DNA of 64,000 bases from Dehalococcoidia bacterium (lineage in GTDB: Bacteria > Chloroflexota > Dehalococcoidia > Lucifugimonadales > JAGWBF01), in contig CBDFKU010000020.1 in NCBI GenBank assembly GCA_965248975.1, forward strand, positions 152,952-216,951, read 5' to 3'. Shown here in pieces: positions 17,062-26,533 of the stretch. A program made the translations under genes and the position numbers. The first letter of the stretch is position 1; every line of letters starts with the position of its first letter. Under the pieces are notes generated by a model. It had not been told where the DNA came from. It did not search any database and worked only from the letters and a program-made list of their open reading frames with translations.

Positions 17062-19086
17062 ATGAACCACAAAGCCAACATACTGGTTGCTGACGACGAA
17101 GCAGGGATGAGGGACACCTTGGCCGCCATCCTCGAGGACGAGGGCTATGGGGTGATCGTCTGCGGAGGAGGCCGTGCCGCCCTGAAACACCTGGAGGAGA
17201 CCACCATAGACGTGGTCATATCGGACCTGAACCTGCCCGACATCAGTGGCCTGGAAATCCTAATGGCCCTGAAGCACGTCCATCCCGATGCGCCATTTAT
17301 CCTTATCACGGGCCATGCCACTGTCGAAACCGCGGTAGAAGCGATGAACAAGGGGGCCTTTGCCTACCATGTGAAGCCCTTCGATCCGGGTGCGATTCAC
17401 AACAGCGTCCGAAACGCCCTGAAGCAGCGGCGTTTGCAGATGGAGAATAAGGACCTGCTGGAGATGCTGAGCCGGTCCAACGAGGAGCTGAAGGCCGCCC
17501 GGGACGCGGCCATCGAGGCGTCAAGGACCAAGTCGGAGTTCCTCTCCACCATGAGCCACGAGATTCGCACCCCCTTGAACTCCATCCTGGGGATGGCGGA
17601 CCTCCTTTCCACTACCCGGCTGAGTCCCGAGCAGTACGAATACGTCCGGGTTTTCCGGACCTCCGGTGAGACGCTGCTGGTGCTGATTAACGACATCCTG
17701 GACCTGTCCAGGGTCGAGGCGGGACAGGTGGTCCTGGAAGAGATCGAGTTCGATCTGGTCGAGCTGATCGATGACGTCGCCGAGTTCCTTGTTGTCAGTG
17801 CCCATGAGAGGGGTCTGGAGCTGAACTGTCGCGTCGCCCCCGACGTTCCGGCCACGGTAAAGGGTGACCCGGTCCGCTTACGCCAGGTCCTAACCAACCT
17901 CATAGGCAACGCCATCAAGTTCACCGAGGACGGGGAAGTGAATGTGGATGCCAGCCTTCGTGCCGGCACGGACGGGACCGACTACCTTCAGTTTCAGGTA
18001 ATTGACACGGGGATTGGCATTCCCGAAGAGAAGCTGGACATCATCTTCGACAGCTTTACCCAGGCCGACGCTTCGACGACGCGGCAACACGGAGGTACTG
18101 GGCTGGGCCTGGCCATATGCTGCCGGTTGGTGGAGCTAATGGGAGGGCGTATCTGGGTCGAAAGCAAGGAGGGTAGGGGCAGTCGATTCTCCTTCACCGT
18201 AAGCGTTGACGTCGACGAGGAGAGTCGGGTTGTCCCGGCACGCGACGCTGACCTGGAAGGCCTCGACACCCTCGTGGTTGACGACAACTCCACCGGTCGC
18301 GCCAACCTGAAAGAGATGCTGGGGTCCTGGGGCGCCTCGGTGATTGAAGCGGAGGACGGCTACCAGGCGCTCGTTCTCGCCAACCGGTCCCAGGTAGGGC
18401 CGGAAGAACGCCAGGTTGTGCTGTTAGACAGCCAGATGCCCGGCATGGATGGGTTCGTGGTGGCCGAAGAGCTAAGTACCAGCCTGGGTTCCCTGGATAG
18501 GGTCGTCATGATGCTCAAGTCGGACCACCTTACCGGCGACCTGGCCAGATGTCGCCAGATGGGGATCTCGAACTACGTGGTCAAGCCGGTGAGGCGGTCT
18601 CAGCTGCTCAAAGCCATCAAGGCGGCCGTCAATGGAACGGTTGGGCAGGATGAGGAGGGACAACCGGCCGATCCCGCCATGGATGTCCCCGACACCGAAC
18701 GTCCGTTGCGCATCCTGTTGGTCGAAGACTCCAGGGACAACCGTCTGCTAATCCAAGCTTACCTGAAGAGGACAGCGTACAAAATGGACATGGCCGAGAA
18801 TGGTCAGGTCGCCTTCGACAAGTTCGTGGCCGGGGCCTACGACGTAGTGCTGATGGACATGCGGATGCCCATTGTGGACGGGTACACGGCCACCCAGATG
18901 ATAAGGAAGTGGGAACGGGAAGCCGGCGTGGCTTCGATCCCCATCATCGCCCTTACTGCTCATGCTCTTCAGGAGGACGCTCAGAAGAGCCTGGAAGCGG
19001 GATGCGATGCCCACGTGACCAAGCCGGTAAAGATGATGACCCTGATCGAGGCAATAAACGACCATACAAGGGGTGTGAGAGTATGA
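17062..19086 (+). CDS. Hybrid histidine kinase REC-HisKA-HATPase_c-REC-REC
   Basis: H-box LSTMSHEIRTPLNSI; DTGIGI; GGTGLGLAIC; two C-terminal receivers (VLLDSQMPGMDG and VLMDMRMPIVDG). Confidence 0.9.
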   Translation: MNHKANILVADDEAGMRDTLAAILEDEGYGVIVCGGGRAALKHLEETTIDVVISDLNLPDISGLEILMALKHVHPDAPFILITGHATVETAVEAMNKGAFAYHVKPFDPGAIHNSVRNALKQRRLQMENKDLLEMLSRSNEELKAARDAAIEASRTKSEFLSTMSHEIRTPLNSILGMADLLSTTRLSPEQYEYVRVFRTSGETLLVLINDILDLSRVEAGQVVLEEIEFDLVELIDDVAEFLVVSAHERGLELNCRVAPDVPATVKGDPVRLRQVLTNLIGNAIKFTEDGEVNVDASLRAGTDGTDYLQFQVIDTGIGIPEEKLDIIFDSFTQADASTTRQHGGTGLGLAICCRLVELMGGRIWVESKEGRGSRFSFTVSVDVDEESRVVPARDADLEGLDTLVVDDNSTGRANLKEMLGSWGASVIEAEDGYQALVLANRSQVGPEERQVVLLDSQMPGMDGFVVAEELSTSLGSLDRVVMMLKSDHLTGDLARCRQMGISNYVVKPVRRSQLLKAIKAAVNGTVGQDEEGQPADPAMDVPDTERPLRILLVEDSRDNRLLIQAYLKRTAYKMDMAENGQVAFDKFVAGAYDVVLMDMRMPIVDGYTATQMIRKWEREAGVASIPIIALTAHALQEDAQKSLEAGCDAHVTKPVKMMTLIEAINDHTRGVRV

Positions 19087-19409
19087 GTACGAGGTACGAC
19101 ACCATGGGCAATGGTCGGGTTCATGTAAATGTGGACCAAGACCTGCAGGACATTATTCCGGGGTTCCTGGAGCGCCGTGGAGAGGACGTGGCGTCCATCC
19201 TGGAAGGGCTCGAGCAGGGCGACTACGAGACGATCCGGTACCTGGGCCACAGTATGAAGGGTGCCGGAGGGGGATACGGGTTCGACGCCATCACAGAGAT
19301 GGGACGTGACCTGGAGCGGGCTGCGGGTAACCATGACCGCGATGAGATTCTCAAGTTGGCGGGGGAGCTTTCGGCCTACTTGGAGCTGGTCGAGCCGGTC
19401 TACGGATAG
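19083..19409 (+). CDS. Hpt (histidine phosphotransfer) protein
   Basis: ATG overlaps the stop of the upstream kinase. Contains YLGHSMKGAGGGYGF, the HxxKG phosphotransfer motif. Confidence 0.75.
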   Translation: MSTRYDTMGNGRVHVNVDQDLQDIIPGFLERRGEDVASILEGLEQGDYETIRYLGHSMKGAGGGYGFDAITEMGRDLERAAGNHDRDEILKLAGELSAYLELVEPVYG

Positions 19410-19479
19410 TGGGTGTAGCCCGCGGTCCGAGAGATCTAGTGACGGCCGAAGGAATGGCTGATTCTGGGAGGTGCAACCG

Positions 19480-20541
19480 ATGAGCGTATTGATAGTTGAC
19501 GATTCCCTCGATAATCGACTGCTCATCAGAAAATTCCTTGAGAGCGATTACCCTTGCATAGAGGCATCCAACGGTAACGCTGCCCTGGATGTCCTTGGCT
19601 CGGAGTCGGTGGACCTTGCGCTGCTCGACATCATGATGCCGGGCATGACCGGGTTGAGCCTGTTCCAGCACATAATGGACCTCTACCCCGAGGTAGCGGT
19701 GATCTTCGTTACCTCGGTGGACGATCTTCGCATAGCTGTAGAGCACCTGAAGAAGGGCGCCTACGAGTACATCGTCAAGCCCGTGACGCGAGAGCGCTTG
19801 CGAGGGGCCGTGGATGAGAGCTTGGAGAAACGGGCTTCTGTCCTTGAAGAAAAACAGCAGCAAATGCAGAGAGAGGAGCGGTTGGTCCGGCAGAACCAGG
19901 AGCTGGAGTCGCGCGCACGGGAGATCTCCTCCATCAATCGTTTGATCCAGGCCGACCTTACGCAAAGGTTCGACGAGGTCGAACCCTTGAGCGAGGGTGG
20001 GATTGCCTTTCAAAGTCATTGGCAAGGGACTCAGCTTGCGGAGGTTCCCTACGGCGTCCAGACTCCCTGGGGAGCCATGTCGGCGGAAGGGCCCAACGCC
20101 TCGATGAACCTCGAAGCCTACTCAGGCTCCCTGACCGATAACACGCCGGGGCTGGTCCCTATGCTGAGGTCCCTGGTTCAACAGTTCCGCCGGCGGGTCA
20201 ACGTCGAGCTATACGTAGAGGCCGACATCGAAGGTCGGATCAGAAACGACAACAGGTTGTCCTTCGGGGAGCTCCAGAAGGGGATGCGCCGTATCCTCGA
20301 AGAGGCCTTGGACAACGTGGTCAAGCATGCGCACGCAAAGTCCGCCATCGTAATGCTACGCCAGCGAGAGGACGGGCGCATCTGCCTCGACGTGATTGAC
20401 AATGGGCGTGGCTTCCTGGTCAATGGGGAGTCCGACACGATAGGATTGCTGGCCATGAAGCATTACAGCGCGGAGCTGGGTGGCGTGTTTCGCATCGCCA
20501 GCATACCGGGGCAGGGCACTATCGTTCGAGTAATCCTGTAA
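19480..20541 (+). CDS. Receiver + coiled coil + GHKL/HATPase_c protein lacking an obvious H-box
   Basis: VLIVDDS..ALLDIMMPGMTG..YIVKPV; C-terminal EEALDNVVKHAHA..VIDNGRGF..PGQGTIVRV (NarX/DegS-type ATPase). ATG 19480 preferred because gggagg lies 9 nt upstream. Confidence 0.75.
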   Translation: MSVLIVDDSLDNRLLIRKFLESDYPCIEASNGNAALDVLGSESVDLALLDIMMPGMTGLSLFQHIMDLYPEVAVIFVTSVDDLRIAVEHLKKGAYEYIVKPVTRERLRGAVDESLEKRASVLEEKQQQMQREERLVRQNQELESRAREISSINRLIQADLTQRFDEVEPLSEGGIAFQSHWQGTQLAEVPYGVQTPWGAMSAEGPNASMNLEAYSGSLTDNTPGLVPMLRSLVQQFRRRVNVELYVEADIEGRIRNDNRLSFGELQKGMRRILEEALDNVVKHAHAKSAIVMLRQREDGRICLDVIDNGRGFLVNGESDTIGLLAMKHYSAELGGVFRIASIPGQGTIVRVIL

Positions 20542-20590
20542 CGTCATATTCCTCCATGGTCACGGTTGGGAGCGGGCCACGGTCCCTCCC

Positions 20591-20620
20591 TTGACAAGGC
20601 GTATGCTGCCAACCTATAGT
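20591..20620 (+). promoter_or_regulatory. Sigma70-like promoter TTGACA-18-TATAGT
   Basis: ttgacaaggcgtatgctgccaacctatagt, 29 nt upstream of the gluconolactonase-like gene. Confidence 0.45.
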
Positions 20621-20648
20621 CGCTAAAACGACGGTTGGGAGGGTTGCG

Positions 20649-21554
20649 ATGCCCATCGAGCAGGTCGCCCAGGAGCTTGAGCGCATCCTATCGCCGAACC
20701 AGGAGATAGAGGTTCTGGGCAGCGGCTACTGGGGCCCGGGAGGACCCGCCGAAGGGCCCGTGTGGTGGCGCGAGGAGGGATATCTCCTCTTCACCGACAT
20801 CCGAGCGAGCAAAATCATGAAGTGGACGCCCGGCGAGGGCGTCTCTGTCTTTCGAGAGCCGACCAACCAGGCCAACGGCCTAACCCGCGATATCCAGGGC
20901 AGGTTGATAGCCTGTGAGCACGCCAGCCGCCGGGTCACCAGGACGGAGCCCGACGGCAGCATCACCGTCGTGGCCAACAACTATCGCGGCACCCGATTGG
21001 ACCAACCCAACGACGTGGTGGTGAAGTCCGACGGCAGCATATATTTCACCGACCCTTGGGTCCTCCCTAACCCCAAGGACCAGGTAGACCTGGACTTCGC
21101 GGGTGTATACCGAGTCTCGCCCGATCTGGGCACGATCAGCTTGCTGGTGGACGACTTCGTGCTCCCCAACGGGCTGGCCTTCTCCCCCGATGAGAAGGTC
21201 CTTTACGTGGACGACTCCCGCAGGATGCAGATCCGGGCCTTCGACGTGCAGTCCAACGGCACCCTGGGCCGGCACACGGACCGGGTGTTCTACCAATTCG
21301 AGAAGGTGCGCCCCGGAACCGCCGACGGCATGAAAGTGGACGAAGAGGGGAACGTCTACTCTACCGGACCGGGTGGTGTCTGGGTCATCGACCCGTCGGG
21401 GAAGCATCTGGGAACGATCCTGACGGGGGCCGAGCAGACCACCAACGTGGCCTTCGGCGGGGACGACCGCAAGACCCTGTTCATCACGACCCGGGACAAC
21501 TTCGGGCGAATACAGGTGAACATACCGGGGATATCCGTTCCGACGGACAGATAG
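20649..21554 (+). CDS. SMP-30/gluconolactonase/LRE-family protein
   Basis: GPAEGPVWW..LLFTDI..ANGLTRD..PNDVVV..DGSIYFTDP..PNGLAFSPDEKVLYV. Confidence 0.8.
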   Translation: MPIEQVAQELERILSPNQEIEVLGSGYWGPGGPAEGPVWWREEGYLLFTDIRASKIMKWTPGEGVSVFREPTNQANGLTRDIQGRLIACEHASRRVTRTEPDGSITVVANNYRGTRLDQPNDVVVKSDGSIYFTDPWVLPNPKDQVDLDFAGVYRVSPDLGTISLLVDDFVLPNGLAFSPDEKVLYVDDSRRMQIRAFDVQSNGTLGRHTDRVFYQFEKVRPGTADGMKVDEEGNVYSTGPGGVWVIDPSGKHLGTILTGAEQTTNVAFGGDDRKTLFITTRDNFGRIQVNIPGISVPTDR

Positions 21555-21571
21555 CCCGTGTAGGTCCCGGC

Positions 21572-22690
21572 CTAGGTCAGGTGGTAGATCCTGGCAGCGT
21601 TGCCGCCGGCGATCTTGCCCTTCTCCTCTTCAGTGCACTCGGACAGGATGTCTTCCAGTATCTCCTGGCTCCGGGGGAAGGTGGACTCCTGGTGAGGGTA
21701 GTCGGATCCCCATAGGATGTTGTCCACTCCGATAATGTCCCGGAACCGGATGCCCATGCCGTCCTCCTGGAAACCCAGGAATACATTCCGGTAGAAATAC
21801 TCGCTGGGCAGCATGTCTTCGTTGTACCGGTGCCAGTCCGGGCGTTGGATCCTCTGGTTGTAGGTGTAGTCCAGCCGGTCCAGGAAATGGGGCGCCCAGG
21901 AAAGCTCGTGCTCCACCGATCCCACCATCAGCTTGGGGTGTCGCTCGAACACCCCGCTGAATATAATGTCGCACAGGGACAGGCGCACCCAGTGGTCCAC
22001 GTTGCAGATGCCCGCCGGCTTGGGAGAGTCGAATCCTCCGTCGAACGCCGGGGCGGGCCGGTTGGTGCCGATGTGGAGGCTGAGGGGCATCCCCAGGTCC
22101 TCGGCCGTGGCCCAAAGGGGTTCGTACACGGGAGAGTCGTATCGCTTGTCTTCCTGGGGATACACGGAGATCATGGCCCCGAGGAACCCTCGCTTGGCGC
22201 AGCGCTCCATCTCCGCCTCCGCCGCCGGGATGTCGTCGGCGTTGACCATAGCGATGGGCTTGAGGCGCTTGGGGTCGGCGCTGCAGAACTCGGCGATCCA
22301 GTCGTTGTAGGCGCTGAAAACGGGGTTCAGGAGGTCGCTGTCGGGCACCCGGTACAGCAGGACGCCGGCTGTGGGATATAGGATGCTGACGTCGATCCCG
22401 TCCAAGTCCATGTCCTTAATGTGCTCTTCGGGTATGTATCCTCCAACCCGCACCTTGTCGTAGGTGTCCACGTTGCTAAGTTTGTCGGGTTCCTCGAACC
22501 GACGGCCCGCCTGGGACCCCGAAGTGACCGGGTTCACCATGACCTCGTCGCAGATCCACCAGTCGCCGCCGCTCTCCGTTCGCTCGATACGGGGACACCG
22601 GTCCAGATACTTGCCGTCCATCCTGCTTGTCCACAGGTCTATGGGCTCGTATATGTGGTCGTCCGAGGAGATAATTCTGTAGCCGGCCAT
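21572..22690 (-). CDS. Amidohydrolase-2 family metal-dependent hydrolase (ACMSD-like)
   Basis: MAGYRIISSDDHIYEP..; LSLHIG..; WGSDYPHQESTFP. Paralog of 32415 and 33563. Confidence 0.8.
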   Translation of the reverse strand: MAGYRIISSDDHIYEPIDLWTSRMDGKYLDRCPRIERTESGGDWWICDEVMVNPVTSGSQAGRRFEEPDKLSNVDTYDKVRVGGYIPEEHIKDMDLDGIDVSILYPTAGVLLYRVPDSDLLNPVFSAYNDWIAEFCSADPKRLKPIAMVNADDIPAAEAEMERCAKRGFLGAMISVYPQEDKRYDSPVYEPLWATAEDLGMPLSLHIGTNRPAPAFDGGFDSPKPAGICNVDHWVRLSLCDIIFSGVFERHPKLMVGSVEHELSWAPHFLDRLDYTYNQRIQRPDWHRYNEDMLPSEYFYRNVFLGFQEDGMGIRFRDIIGVDNILWGSDYPHQESTFPRSQEILEDILSECTEEEKGKIAGGNAARIYHLT

Positions 22691-22786
22691 TTCGCAGCTC
22701 CTTCGCCGTCGTCAGGAGGATTTCCTGAGACTGCGGGCGATTCATGTTTAAAATTATGCTCTGAGCGTCGATGAGTGTCAACATAT

Positions 22787-22838
22787 GCCCTCACCCCGTG
22801 CCTCTCTCCCTCATGGAGAGGGGTTGGAGGGTGAGGGC
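22787..22838. repeat. REP-like nested palindrome (outer GCCCTCACCC/GGGTGAGGGC, inner CCTCTCTCCC/GGAGAGGGG)
   Basis: gccctcaccccgtgcctctctccctcatggagaggggttggagggtgagggc. Related copies at 28971, 39096, 40501, 41538 and 41627. Confidence 0.8.
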
Positions 22839-22849
22839 TGTGATAGAAT
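22839..22849 (+). promoter_or_regulatory. Extended -10 element TGTGATAGAAT upstream of XDH-family paralog 1
   Basis: The same 12-mer CTGTGATAGAAT precedes the paralog at 30003-30014. Confidence 0.4.
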
Positions 22850-22880
22850 TTGTGCGATGCTAGGGATGGAGGTGAGGGCC

Positions 22881-25208
22881 ATGGGTTCCAATGTGGTGCT
22901 GTCGACACAGGAGTACCGGGTGGTGGGCACCAGGCCCATCCGCCATGATGGTACCGACAAGGTGACGGGACGAGCCCAGTACGGCGCCGACGTCAACCCG
23001 CCGGGCCTGCTCCACGGCAAGGTCCTGAGGAGCCCCCACGCTCACGCGCGCATCGTCTCCATCGACGTCAGCCAGGCCATGGCCCTGCCCGGTGTGAAGG
23101 CCGCAGTAACCTCGGCCGAGCTTCCACAGCCCGCCGGCAGGGCCGCCGACCTGGGCGAGGGAGCTCTGGTCAACCCCAGGTTCATGAGCAACAACTGCCT
23201 GGCGGGGGACAAGGCGCTGTACGTTGGGCATGCCATCGCCGCGGTGGCGGCCACAGACCCTCACGTCGCCGAAGAGGCCCTGTCCCTGATCGAAGTAGAG
23301 TACGATGTGCTGCCCCCTGTCCTGGATGTCCTCGACGCCATGAAAGAAGACTCCCCGGTCCTCCACGAGAGGCTGGCGACCATGACCACGCACACCATAA
23401 GGGCCGGCGGCCTTCGCTCCGAGGACGACACCGGGGAGGCCAGCAACGTGGCCAACCACATCCTCTTCGAGCTGGACGACCCGGAGAAGGGGTTTCGCGA
23501 GGCCGACTTAGTCGTAGAGCGGGAGTTCCGCACGGTGCCGGTGCACCAGGGCTACATCGAGCCCCAGTCGGCCACCGCCCTTTGGAGCACCGACGGCACC
23601 CTAACGATCTGGTGCAGCAGCCAGGGCCACTTCCAGATCAGGCAGCATACGGCCACCATCCTGGGCATTCCCGTCTCCCGGATCAGGGTGGTCCCCATGG
23701 AGATCGGCGGAGGGTTCGGAGGGAAGTTGGTCCCCTTCCTGGAACCAGTGGCATCCCTCCTGTCCAGGAAAACGGGCCACCCGGTGAAGATGACCATGAG
23801 CAGGTCCGAGGTGTTCGAGGCCAGCGGGCCCACCTCCGGGGCTTACCTGAAGGTGAAGATGGGCGCCACCAGCGAGGGGCGCATAACGGCGGCCGACGCC
23901 TACATGGTCTACGAAGCCGGTGCCTTCCCGGGATCACCGGTGCCCGGCGCGGCCAATTGCGTCTTCGGGCCCTACGACATCCCCAACTCCCACATCGAGG
24001 GCTTCGACGTGGTACTGAACAGGCCCAAGACCGCCGCCTACCGGGCTCCAGGCGCTCCCTCCGCCGCCTTCGCCACCGAGACGGTGGTGGACGAGATCTG
24101 CGAGGCGCTGGGCATGGACCCCCTGGGCTTCCGCACTCTCAACAGCGCCCAGGAGGGCACCCGGCGAGCGACGGGACAGAGGTTCCCTCGCATCGGCTGC
24201 CTGGAAACGCTTCGGGCGGCCCAGGAGCACCCGCACTACACCGCACCGCTGGAAGGGCCCAACCGAGGTAGGGGCGTCGCCGCGGGTTTCTGGACCAACA
24301 ACACCGGGCCGTCCAGCGCCACCGCTAGCGTCAACCCCGACGGTACCGTTAGCCTGGTGGAGGGCTCTCCCGACATCGGTGGTAGCAGGGCGGTGGCCGC
24401 CATGCACGTCGCCGAGGTGCTGGGGATCCGCGCCGAGGACGTCAGGCCCGCTATCGGCGATACCGACTCGGTGGGCTTCACGTCGACCACCGGCGGAAGC
24501 GGCGTGGCCTTCAAGACGGGCTGGGCCTGCTACGAGGCGGCCCAGGACGTCCGCAGCCAGATGGTCCAACGGGCCGCCCTGGTCTGGGATGTTCCATCCG
24601 ATGACGTGGAGTACGCAGATGGCGTCCTGTCCCACGCCTCGGACTCGGAGCTCCGGCTGACTTTCAAGGGGCTAGCGGCGATGCTGAACTCCACTGGCGG
24701 GCCCATCGTAGGCCGGGCCAACGTGGATCCCGGGGGAGTAGGTACCGCCTTCGCCGTTCACATCGTCGACGTGGAGGTGGACCCCGAGACCGGGAAGGTG
24801 GACATCCTGCGCTACACCGCCGTCCAGGACGCCGGCAAGGCCGTCCATCCCGACTACGTGGAGGGCCAGATGCAGGGCGGTGTGTCCCAGGGGGTCGGCT
24901 GGGCCCTCAACGAAGAGTACTTCCTGAACGAAGAGGGCGAGATGGTCAACTCCACCTTCCTCGACTACCGCATGCCCACCAGCCTGGACCTGCCCATGAT
25001 CGACACGGTGATTGTGGAGGTAGCCAACCCCGGACACCCTTATGGCGTCCGGGGAGTGGGGGAGGTCCCCCTGGTGCCCCCCATGGCCGCCGTAGCAAAC
25101 GCCATATACAACGCCGTCGGCGTCAGGATGAGGAAGCTTCCCATGTCTCCCGGAAATGTGCTGGAGGCACTGTGGGAAAAGCGGCCGAACGGTGAGGGCA
25201 GCCCGTAG
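22881..25208 (+). CDS. Xanthine dehydrogenase/aldehyde oxidase-family molybdopterin-binding large subunit, paralog 1
   Basis: Start moved to MGSNVVLSTQEYRVVGTRPIRHDG (ggaggtg SD), matching the start of the paralog at 30057. The upstream extension is a translated REP element. Confidence 0.85.
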   Translation: MGSNVVLSTQEYRVVGTRPIRHDGTDKVTGRAQYGADVNPPGLLHGKVLRSPHAHARIVSIDVSQAMALPGVKAAVTSAELPQPAGRAADLGEGALVNPRFMSNNCLAGDKALYVGHAIAAVAATDPHVAEEALSLIEVEYDVLPPVLDVLDAMKEDSPVLHERLATMTTHTIRAGGLRSEDDTGEASNVANHILFELDDPEKGFREADLVVEREFRTVPVHQGYIEPQSATALWSTDGTLTIWCSSQGHFQIRQHTATILGIPVSRIRVVPMEIGGGFGGKLVPFLEPVASLLSRKTGHPVKMTMSRSEVFEASGPTSGAYLKVKMGATSEGRITAADAYMVYEAGAFPGSPVPGAANCVFGPYDIPNSHIEGFDVVLNRPKTAAYRAPGAPSAAFATETVVDEICEALGMDPLGFRTLNSAQEGTRRATGQRFPRIGCLETLRAAQEHPHYTAPLEGPNRGRGVAAGFWTNNTGPSSATASVNPDGTVSLVEGSPDIGGSRAVAAMHVAEVLGIRAEDVRPAIGDTDSVGFTSTTGGSGVAFKTGWACYEAAQDVRSQMVQRAALVWDVPSDDVEYADGVLSHASDSELRLTFKGLAAMLNSTGGPIVGRANVDPGGVGTAFAVHIVDVEVDPETGKVDILRYTAVQDAGKAVHPDYVEGQMQGGVSQGVGWALNEEYFLNEEGEMVNSTFLDYRMPTSLDLPMIDTVIVEVANPGHPYGVRGVGEVPLVPPMAAVANAIYNAVGVRMRKLPMSPGNVLEALWEKRPNGEGSP

Positions 25209-25232
25209 TCTCAGGCTGTCCGGAGGGTACAC

Positions 25233-25703
25233 ATGATCTGGGAGGAGTTCCGGCGCAGCTCTCCCGAGTTGGCCGCCCTGGGCGAGGAGAGGTTCGAGCG
25301 CACCGGCCTGGTGCTGATAGCCACCCTCAGGAAGGATGGCTGGCCCCGGATTAGCCCGGTGGAGCCCCTCATCGCCGATGGGCAGCTCTATCTGGGAATG
25401 ATGTGGGAGTCCAGGAAGGCCCTTGACCTGCTGCGCGACCCTCGCTGCACGGTGCACAACACCATCACGAACAAGGATGCCAGCGAGGGGGAGTTCAAGG
25501 TGTACGGGCGGGCGGTGGACGTTCGGGACCCTGAGATCCGGCGGCGCTACGGCGGCGCCCTGTACCGGAAGTTGGGTTTCAAGCCCGAGGAGCCGGAGTA
25601 CCACCTGTTTTCGGTGGACATCGAGGGCGTCGCCTTCTCCATCCTCAGGAACAACGAGACCTGGGATCGCAAGGTTTGGAAGTCGGGAGGTGAAGGGCAA
25701 TGA
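25233..25703 (+). CDS. Pyridoxamine 5'-phosphate oxidase-family (split-barrel flavin/deazaflavin) protein
   Basis: LVLIATLRKDGWPRISPVEPLIADGQLYLGMMWESRKALDLLRDPRCTVH. Confidence 0.65.
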   Translation: MIWEEFRRSSPELAALGEERFERTGLVLIATLRKDGWPRISPVEPLIADGQLYLGMMWESRKALDLLRDPRCTVHNTITNKDASEGEFKVYGRAVDVRDPEIRRRYGGALYRKLGFKPEEPEYHLFSVDIEGVAFSILRNNETWDRKVWKSGGEGQ

Positions 25704-26509
25704 TCCGTTTCCTGAAATGGCTGCTCAGGCTGCTCACCTTTGGTCTGATCGGCAGGGAGCCCAGCCCAGCCCCCGACCCTGATGGGAGACATACCGCCCC
25801 GTCTTCGGGTTCCGCGCCATCGACGAAGGCGATAGTCAGCCTGCTGGTGTTCCCCGCCCTGGCCGAAGACGCACAGTTCGACACTACCGTAGAGGTGGAC
25901 GGCGACCGGTACTACACCTCTTCGCCCTGGGGGCTCTCCATGGCCAAGGTGAACGAAGCCATCAGGTTCGCCGAGGACTGGCTGGCGGCCGCCCTCGGGA
26001 CCAGGATCGCCTGGAACCCGGTGGTGCTGGTGAACTCCCGCAGAAACCTCTCCGAGTGGCGATCCCGGAACATCTCCCTGATCAGGGACGAAGTCGAGGA
26101 GCTGGGCCTGCCCTGGACTGACGACTACATCTACCTGGCCTTCGTGCGGGGGATGGGAGGGTACGCCGGCGGCATCCGCTACGAAAACGGCAACGCCGGC
26201 TACGCCATGGTGGGAGACATTTGCCTGGAAGCCGTCTGCGAGTACCCGGCGCCCACGTCCGGCTCCGTGATCCTGGACGGCTGGCCCGCCAACTCCTTCG
26301 GACTTGTCGGCCAGAGCGGTGCCTTCATCCACGAGGCGCTGCACGGCCTGGACCTGCCTCACCCCGACGGCTGGCCCGAGGGCGACCGACCCGAGTGGGA
26401 CGAGACGCTGATGGGCCACTGGTGGAACATGCCCGACTTCCGCAACACCCGGGGCCTGACCCAGAGGGAGGTTGACCGGGTGCTGCGGTGGACCGGTCCT
26501 TTAGAATAG
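25700..26509 (+). CDS. Hypothetical protein with N-terminal hydrophobic segment and HExxH zinc-metallopeptidase motif
   Basis: MIRFLKWLLRLLTFGLIG..; FIHEALHGLDLPHPDGWPEG. ATGA overlap with the upstream gene. Confidence 0.5.
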   Translation: MIRFLKWLLRLLTFGLIGREPSPAPDPDGRHTAPSSGSAPSTKAIVSLLVFPALAEDAQFDTTVEVDGDRYYTSSPWGLSMAKVNEAIRFAEDWLAAALGTRIAWNPVVLVNSRRNLSEWRSRNISLIRDEVEELGLPWTDDYIYLAFVRGMGGYAGGIRYENGNAGYAMVGDICLEAVCEYPAPTSGSVILDGWPANSFGLVGQSGAFIHEALHGLDLPHPDGWPEGDRPEWDETLMGHWWNMPDFRNTRGLTQREVDRVLRWTGPLE

Positions 26510-26533
26510 CGCCGCGGACACTACCCCTCTGAC

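Noticed and set aside
18909-19082. Long 5' extension of the Hpt ORF.
   Set aside because: It overlaps the 3' end of the hybrid kinase gene in another frame. The ATG at 19083 overlaps the kinase stop, and the Hpt fold fits the shorter product.
22785-22880. N-terminal extension of the XDH-family gene (MPSPRASLPHGEGLEGEG..). Similar extensions occur at 41511-41579 and 40401-40496.
   Set aside because: These are translations of REP-like palindromes. Internal Mets with good SDs match the paralog and family N-termini.
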